From NCBI GenBank assembly GCA_013388635.1, contig JACAEX010000032.1, positions 2,112-66,111 of the forward strand: a stretch of DNA of 64,000 nt, written 5' to 3'. Below the pieces are notes generated by a model. That model was given only the letters and a program-made list of their open reading frames with translations, made no database searches and was not told the origin of the DNA. Each line of letters starts with the position of its first letter. Within the stretch, counting starts at the first letter, position 1. This stretch comes from Syntrophaceae bacterium. Its GTDB lineage: Bacteria > Desulfobacterota > BSN033 > UBA1163. A program made the position numbers and the translations under genes. Shown here piece by piece: positions 58,623 to 64,000 of this stretch.

Positions 58623-59093
58623 ATGGAAAATGAAAAAGGGATGGTTCTTGATCGAGAATCTCCCGAGACTTGCAGGCGAAATCTTAAAGACCGGAGAAAG
58701 AGACCAACCGCTCCTCTGAGCTGGTATGCCTTTTTTGGCCGGAGGCAGGACTTTCGAAGAGATTTAGATAGAGGGAAGGGAGGATATGTAGACCGTTACA
58801 GTCCAAAATTGTTCTTCTTTCTCGTGCTGATCTTGGGCCTGAACGTCCTCGATATCCTGTTCACCATGATGATCTTAGATCATCAAGGATGGGAGTTCAA
58901 TCCAATTGTTCGCTCTGTCATGGCTCTTCATCATGACCTATTCTGGGTATGGAAATTTGGAATCGTCTCTGCGTGTCTGACCCTTCTATGTCTTCACAGC
59001 AAGTTTAGGTCCGTCAACAAGATTATTGTAGGGATCAGCATCGTCTATTTTTTAAACATTCTTTATCAGGTATTTGTCTTCACCTGTTTTTAA
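58623..59093 (+). CDS. Small membrane protein with an Arg-rich N-terminal motif (DRRKRP...GRRQDFRRD) and 3 TM helices. DUF5658-like; function unknown.
   Basis: Hydrophobic segments LFFFLVLILGLNVLDILFTMMIL, FGIVSACLTLLCL and IIVGISIVYFLNILYQVFVF. The family name is from memory and not verified. Confidence 0.4.
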   Translation: MENEKGMVLDRESPETCRRNLKDRRKRPTAPLSWYAFFGRRQDFRRDLDRGKGGYVDRYSPKLFFFLVLILGLNVLDILFTMMILDHQGWEFNPIVRSVMALHHDLFWVWKFGIVSACLTLLCLHSKFRSVNKIIVGISIVYFLNILYQVFVFTCF

Positions 59094-59276
59094 CTTCAAA
59101 AATATTTTTCTTTCAACGGGATACCTCCTCTCAATCCACAAGGGATGTTGATTTGTTGTGGAATTGTGTGCTTCGCGCCTTAGTGGAAGCCAGTTTCATT
59201 GCTTTGCTTAAAGAATGGGCACAGATAATCCCTGAAATTGATTTAGAAATCCTATTTTTTATGCTGAAAACAGAAT

Positions 59277-60983
59277 CTAATGTCCAAGTTCATACCGGAG
59301 AATCCTCTTTTCCCCGAGGCGCATCGGGATCAGGAGAGCGGCCGCACAAAGAACAAGAACCAAGGAGAATGAACCGACAAGCCATAGCCACTGAAACCCT
59401 GAGAGAGTCGCCCTCCGGATATCTGTCATGAAGACATCATAAATAGGCCCAGCCTCGAGCACGATCACAGCAGCGATAAAACCGATGCACAAAGTCATAT
59501 AGATCAGACCGCCCAGGCTGGTCACAGATTGGGTCGGATTCTCAGAGTGGAAATCGGGATAGATGGCACCCAGACCTATTCCCATTGAAACGATCCCCGG
59601 GACCATGAGGAAGATCGTGATGACAGAAACGGCCATTATGAAAGGAGTGGCGTTGAGAAGGATGTTCGTCAATACAATCAACAACTCGGAGAGGAGAAGA
59701 AGGGGAAGAAAGTAGACGAAGAATTTGATCCAGAGGAATGTCCGAATTGATATAGGCGAAGATCTCACGATCCAGAAGGCGTCCCCTTCCATGCTGACAG
59801 CAGGAAAGACAAACCTTGCCGACACAGCACTCAAGACAAAAGCAGCCAGCCCCATGTTCAAAAAAGAGAGCAGATTCTGGAGATACTCTAACCTGATCGG
59901 CCCCCTCTCCAGAGGCAAAACCGAAAAGTTGTAGAGATAGATGATCACCAGGGCCACGATGAGAAAGAGTTGTGACCACTGGGTCTGATCGCGGAAAAAG
60001 GTCCTCATCTCCTTCATGACAAAGGCCCTGACAGGCCCGGAGAGAAGGTCCGGGAAAAATCCATTTCCTTTTCTCCTTCGAGCGAAAAAAGGGTAGAACC
60101 TTTTGGAAACAACCTCTGCTTTGGACAAGCCTCTGAAGTAGAAAACAGATGAAACCCATGTCGTGACAAAGATCATGCTGATCGCACCACTCCAGGAGAG
60201 GGCTGAGTGAAAAGAGGCAATTTTCACAGACCCTGAAAGGGAAGCCCTCAAGCTATCAAAGAACCATGTCGTTGGAAGAAAGGGGGAGTGAGACGTCTCC
60301 AGGTTCTTCAGGTAGAGAACCACTGGCACAAAAGAGTCCGGCCGGACAAATCTCTCTGGCCTGACCAGGCGAAAAGAGATGACGAGCAGGAGGAAGAGAA
60401 AAAGCGCCAGGAATATGAAGACGCTCCGGATCCGCCCAGCGGGTAGAATCGAGGCAGCGACCATGACGATGAGGGAACTGAGGCTCGATGCAATCAGGCA
60501 GAAGGGGATAAGATTGATACCCAGCATTCCATAATAGAAGGCTCCGCTCCTGTAGACCATGCCATAAGCCAGAAAGAAGGGAAGGCTGTAGATGAGGACC
60601 ATCCAGGAACTGTCGACCGTGCTTTCGATCCAGCGGCTGAGAAAGATCTTCTCTCTTGGGACAGGCATGGAGTGGATCAGGGAGAGGTCCTTGCTCAGAT
60701 ACAACTTGGAGAGGAAGGTCAGGATCGAGCTGAAGATAAGAAGGGAGAAGAGGATGATCAATATCATGGAAAGAAGCTTGTAGGCAAGAATATCGCCAAT
60801 GGCCTCCAGACCTTGAAAGTAAGCCAGAACCCGGTAGAAGATGGAGAAGGTGCCTCCCCAGAAGGCAAGACCGATTGTGCCGAAGGCGAGGAGTCTCAGT
60901 CTCCGGCCTCCCCGGGTTCTGGATCGGCGTCTGTTTTTGAATGATAAGAAACGGGGCTTCAGAAGCGTGAAGATCTCTTTCAC
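59277..60983 (-). CDS. Large (about 12 TM) ABC-exporter permease, single-polypeptide putative ABC exporter family
   Basis: 568 aa with hydrophobic helices throughout. Its start overlaps the stop of the upstream ABC ATPase by 4 nt. Confidence 0.65.
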   Translation of the reverse strand: MKEIFTLLKPRFLSFKNRRRSRTRGGRRLRLLAFGTIGLAFWGGTFSIFYRVLAYFQGLEAIGDILAYKLLSMILIILFSLLIFSSILTFLSKLYLSKDLSLIHSMPVPREKIFLSRWIESTVDSSWMVLIYSLPFFLAYGMVYRSGAFYYGMLGINLIPFCLIASSLSSLIVMVAASILPAGRIRSVFIFLALFLFLLLVISFRLVRPERFVRPDSFVPVVLYLKNLETSHSPFLPTTWFFDSLRASLSGSVKIASFHSALSWSGAISMIFVTTWVSSVFYFRGLSKAEVVSKRFYPFFARRRKGNGFFPDLLSGPVRAFVMKEMRTFFRDQTQWSQLFLIVALVIIYLYNFSVLPLERGPIRLEYLQNLLSFLNMGLAAFVLSAVSARFVFPAVSMEGDAFWIVRSSPISIRTFLWIKFFVYFLPLLLLSELLIVLTNILLNATPFIMAVSVITIFLMVPGIVSMGIGLGAIYPDFHSENPTQSVTSLGGLIYMTLCIGFIAAVIVLEAGPIYDVFMTDIRRATLSGFQWLWLVGSFSLVLVLCAAALLIPMRLGEKRILRYELGH

Positions 60984-61714
60984 GGAACGGACTCTCCCTC
61001 TGTGAGAATCATGAATACCTCTTCGAGGTCACCTTCCCGTACCTGAGCTCTCACCCTCAACTCTTCCACTGTTCCCGTGGCGATCAATCTCCCCTTGTGG
61101 ATGACCCCGATCCGGTCGCAGACATCCTCTGCCACGGCGAGGGTATGGGTGGACATAAATATGGTCGTTCCCTTCTTTGCCAGATTCCGAAAGAGGCCTT
61201 TGACCATCCTGATCCCTGCGGGGTCGAGTCCGACCATGGGTTCATCAACGATGATCACCTTCGGATCATGAAGGATCGCTGCGCATATGATCAAGCGCTG
61301 CTTCATGCCGTGGGAATAGGATTCGATCAGCTCGTCAGCCCAATGAGAAAGGGAGAATTGGTTCAAGATCTTTTTCGATCTTTCAGCAAAGAGACCATCC
61401 TCCATGCCGTACAGATCTGCCGTGAACTTCAAAAACTCGATTCCGGTCAGCTTCTCGTAGAGAAAGGGCCGATCCGGTATGAAACCGATCCTCTTCTTGG
61501 CACTGGACGGATCCTCCGCCATAGAGATCCCGTCGACGATCACAGAGCCTTCGGTGGGGGCGATGACCCCGGCCATCATCCGGAGTGTGGTTGTCTTGCC
61601 TGCACCATTGGGGCCGATGAACCCAAAAACCTCTCCCTCTGGCACAAAGAGATTGAGCCGGTTGACCGCCACAATCTCTCCAAACCGTTTGCTGAGATTC
61701 CTGATCTCAATCAT
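60980..61714 (-). CDS. ABC transporter ATP-binding protein
   Basis: Walker A GPNGAGKTT. Signature YSHGMKQRL. Walker B IIVDEP. Start taken at MIEIRNLSKRFG; the ORF-track start at 61768 adds 18 residues. Confidence 0.9.
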   Translation of the reverse strand: MIEIRNLSKRFGEIVAVNRLNLFVPEGEVFGFIGPNGAGKTTTLRMMAGVIAPTEGSVIVDGISMAEDPSSAKKRIGFIPDRPFLYEKLTGIEFLKFTADLYGMEDGLFAERSKKILNQFSLSHWADELIESYSHGMKQRLIICAAILHDPKVIIVDEPMVGLDPAGIRMVKGLFRNLAKKGTTIFMSTHTLAVAEDVCDRIGVIHKGRLIATGTVEELRVRAQVREGDLEEVFMILTEGESVP

Positions 61715-61770
61715 GTCAATTCTACCCCAACCATGTCGAAACCAATTTAGATTCCAAATCCCAAACAATT

Positions 61771-63252
61771 TTACTTTTTTTGTGACAGGATTTCTATCTT
61801 CACCTTTCCAACCAGGCGAACCAGGTCGACCTGCTGCTCCGCGCCCCGAACAAATCGAATGTGAGTGACATCAGCAGGTAACTGGTCCATGACAGAATCG
61901 GCAGTGACCCACGTGCCGAGATAAAGTGCATTCCATGCATGGTAGTAAAATCTTCCCCTTTGATAGACGAGGCCAGCCTCCACCTGGGCCGGGATCCCGG
62001 ATGCCCTGGCAAGGGCTGTGAGCAGCACAGCATGCTCATTGCAATCGCCAACCCGATTTCGAAGCGTCTCCAGCGCATTGGGAATGGAGAGGACAGGTCT
62101 CTTCTGAATGTTTTCATGGACCCATGCCATAAGTTTCTTCGCTTTTACAAGAGGAGCGTCATCCGGCGAGACAATCTCACGGACCCTGGCCTGAATCTCA
62201 GGATGATCGGACTGGATAAAAGGTGTGGATTCCAGGGATGTCTTCCCATTTTCAAACAGCCCATCTCTTTTGATGGATGAAGGAAGATTCGAAATGGACT
62301 CCCTCCGAATGGTCAAGACGTTCCTTTCAAATGACTGACGGCCACCGTCCAAGAAAATCTCTCCCTCCTGTACACCTTCCAGCCTGACTTTCAATTCTTT
62401 AATTTGATCGACATCCTGAAGAGTCTTATTGGCAGGTACTGAGACAATCTCTGTAAGGTCTGCTCCTGATGAGAGCGCAGCCTTATGCAATGCCTCTTCC
62501 TTTGAGACCTGCTCCAATCTGATCCCTAAGGCCCCCTCTTCCTTTAGAACGGTCCCATCTTCTCCGATCCATGCAAAATGCGGAACTCCCATAAAATCGA
62601 CAGAGACCTTTTTTGCCCTTTCCTGACGTCCCATGACGGATATCGTCTCTTCCTTGAGGATGGCAACCTTTACAGGCTGTTGAACCATAAGGGTGGGGTC
62701 AAAAATACGGAAGGTTCTGCTCTCTCCCGGCTTCAGATCTTCGTTCACCAACCTCTCCAGCAGGCTCATGGAGAGCTGCGTTTCCTTTTCGAAAGGGAAG
62801 TCGATCTTCTGCTCCGCACCAGATCCTCCGGCAACCATGCTGAGCACCTTGCCTCTAACCCTTCCCCGCGCAGCGAAGCGGAAGAGATTCGATCGGAGCT
62901 CAAAATCGAAGGAGGATAGGGAGAGATGGCGATCGAAGTTCCCCTCTGTCCTGAATCCGAGATCCTGGACCATGCCCATGATGTTCATCTGCATGGAGAC
63001 CGATTCGATAATCCTGTAACCTTCGAGGGTCTTAAGAAACTGCCGGTGGACATAGCCTATCTTCTCACCCTGTTGATAGATATTCATCCACGTCTCCCGG
63101 TCCTTTCGCATCTGGAGATTTGGACCGCGGTCACCTCTCTGGTCCACTTCACCCTCGTCAAAAATCCCAACGCGAAGAAGGAGGAGGAGGGCAAAGGTCA
63201 GGATGAATAGGCCTCCGATGATCCAGTTTCGTTTTAACCTGAAGATGCTCAT
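61771..63252 (-). CDS. Transglutaminase-like cysteine-protease-fold domain protein with N-terminal TM anchor and a large extracytoplasmic domain
   Basis: C-terminal TGase core GDCNEHAVLLTALARASGIP (Cys), YHAWNALY (His), downstream Asp. N-terminal TM IIGGLFILTFALLLLL. Stop is 2 nt before the ABC ATPase ORF. Confidence 0.75.
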   Translation of the reverse strand: MSIFRLKRNWIIGGLFILTFALLLLLRVGIFDEGEVDQRGDRGPNLQMRKDRETWMNIYQQGEKIGYVHRQFLKTLEGYRIIESVSMQMNIMGMVQDLGFRTEGNFDRHLSLSSFDFELRSNLFRFAARGRVRGKVLSMVAGGSGAEQKIDFPFEKETQLSMSLLERLVNEDLKPGESRTFRIFDPTLMVQQPVKVAILKEETISVMGRQERAKKVSVDFMGVPHFAWIGEDGTVLKEEGALGIRLEQVSKEEALHKAALSSGADLTEIVSVPANKTLQDVDQIKELKVRLEGVQEGEIFLDGGRQSFERNVLTIRRESISNLPSSIKRDGLFENGKTSLESTPFIQSDHPEIQARVREIVSPDDAPLVKAKKLMAWVHENIQKRPVLSIPNALETLRNRVGDCNEHAVLLTALARASGIPAQVEAGLVYQRGRFYYHAWNALYLGTWVTADSVMDQLPADVTHIRFVRGAEQQVDLVRLVGKVKIEILSQKK

Positions 63253-63316
63253 GATCTATATTATTATACAACGGAAATTCCAGGCAGGTAAAACGGAGGA
63301 CGACGAAAAACGAGGG

Positions 63317-64000
63317 TTAAGAATACTTCTCCAGGATCTTTTTGCCTACGATCAATCCGCTGAGGACCTCTCCTTCCGTGCCAAGGTAGGGGAGGCTCTC
63401 CCTTCCAGTCAGGTAGAGGTTTTTTGAGATGCGGTGCGGAACGATCCCTTCTCTCCACTCAAATCCCGAAGCTGTCTCATAAAGAAAATGGGGATAGGAC
63501 CAGCACGAGATCTGTTCCCTTGCCCAATCCCAGCTGGAGAATTCGATATGTTCCTCTAAGAATGGAAAGAGATGGGAGAGATGTCTCATCACCCCTTTCC
63601 GATGCTCACCCAGTAGATCCAAATCGTATTGGTCAGAGCCTACCAAGCTTTCCACCGTTACCGCTCTCCTTCCCTCTGGAGCCTCTCTCTCATCTCCCTT
63701 CTCGCTGAGCCTGAGAAAGAGGAGATTTCCTCCTTCGTATGGCTTGTTTAGGTCCAGGATGGAGACGAGTAGGTTTTTCATTCCCACCGGAACCACATTT
63801 TCACGGATCCCTAAAAAAAGAGGCAGAACCATGTACCGGGTTTGGATCCGATTCGTCCATTTCGATAGAAATCTTGCCCTTCTGCCCAGAAAGGCGGAAA
63901 GCCGCTGAAGAGGAGAATTAATAATGAGGAATTTGGATCGAAATACCTGGCCATCCCCTCTCCCCGTCAGGGTGAATCCTCTCCTCAACCCCCTGTGGAT
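63317..64000 (-). CDS. NAD(P)/FAD-dependent oxidoreductase (phytoene-desaturase/amine-oxidase family). C-terminal part only; the 5' end lies beyond the window edge.
   Basis: C-terminal NLYLTGRESLPYLGTEGEVLSGLIVGKKIL is the typical FAD-binding tail of COG1233 proteins. The ORF runs to the window boundary. Confidence 0.5.
   Translation of the reverse strand: MHRGLRRGFTLTGRGDGQVFRSKFLIINSPLQRLSAFLGRRARFLSKWTNRIQTRYMVLPLFLGIRENVVPVGMKNLLVSILDLNKPYEGGNLLFLRLSEKGDEREAPEGRRAVTVESLVGSDQYDLDLLGEHRKGVMRHLSHLFPFLEEHIEFSSWDWAREQISCWSYPHFLYETASGFEWREGIVPHRISKNLYLTGRESLPYLGTEGEVLSGLIVGKKILEKYS

Noticed and set aside
58512-58625. TGGCATggaaaATGAA upstream of the DUF5658-like gene as a third sigma-54 site.
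   Set aside because: The -12 element lacks the invariant GC. The sequence overlaps the start codon itself. A sigma-70-like TTGCAA-17-TAATAA is a better fit.
59542-60159. 205-aa ORF on the same strand as the ABC permease but in another frame.
   Set aside because: Fully nested in the permease gene. Cys/Arg-rich product with no family resemblance.
1-64000. CRISPR arrays, rRNA genes, IS elements, toxin-antitoxin pairs, retron/DGR reverse transcriptases.
   Set aside because: No regularly spaced direct repeats, no rRNA-like conserved stretches, and no ORFs with transposase, RT or TA-like features were seen on reading either strand.

Overview
The window reads as a chromosomal segment of a moderately GC-rich Gram-negative bacterium. 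The gene content and the Geobacter/Myxococcus-like pilB-pilT-pilC-pilS-pilR order point to a Deltaproteobacteria/Thermodesulfobacteriota- or Nitrospirota-like lineage, but that lineage call is inference only. Coding density is high, about 47 protein genes plus one tRNA. There are no rRNA genes, no CRISPR arrays, no recognisable transposase or integrase, and no phage genes. Housekeeping genes present are asnB-family, PBP1A, ribF, lepB, mutL, accA, dnaE, guaA, guaB, hflX, rtcA, argS and a trmJ-like gene. Accessory or less ordinary content sits in six places. (1) An envelope-glycosylation gene set lies next to a tRNA-Leu(CAG): an AsnB-family amidotransferase, a GtrB/CsbB-like GT2, a YfhO-family protein, a SAM methyltransferase and a GT-C ArnT/PMT-like enzyme whose first TM helix lies upstream of any canonical start codon. 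Further along are a DegT aminotransferase and a UDP-sugar dehydrogenase. (2) A type IV pilus motor/regulation cluster follows an OmpR-type two-component system. It has a textbook sigma-54 -24/-12 promoter in front of pilB and no pilin gene after pilR. (3) Two genes are inserted between guaB and guaA. One is a TPR/zinc-ribbon polytopic membrane protein. The other is an unusual fusion of DUF4388, tandem MshEN-like (c-di-GMP-binding-type) motifs, a TM helix and a GspG-like pseudopilin globular domain. I consider this the most interesting candidate for an undescribed system. (4) A thiolase + DUF35 + acyl-CoA ligase set sits next to an orphan Memo-like (AmmeMemoRadiSam B-type) gene. (5) A three-gene putative sugar operon encodes an unassigned 545-aa protein, a 717-aa protein with clear transaldolase active-site motifs and long extensions, and a xylose-isomerase-like TIM-barrel isomerase/epimerase. 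(6) A transglutaminase-like / ABC ATPase / 12-TM ABC-exporter operon faces divergent lipoprotein and DUF5658-like small membrane protein genes. The lipoprotein gene carries a second sigma-54-like promoter. All family assignments come from motif-level reading of the translated ORFs. No database search was run.
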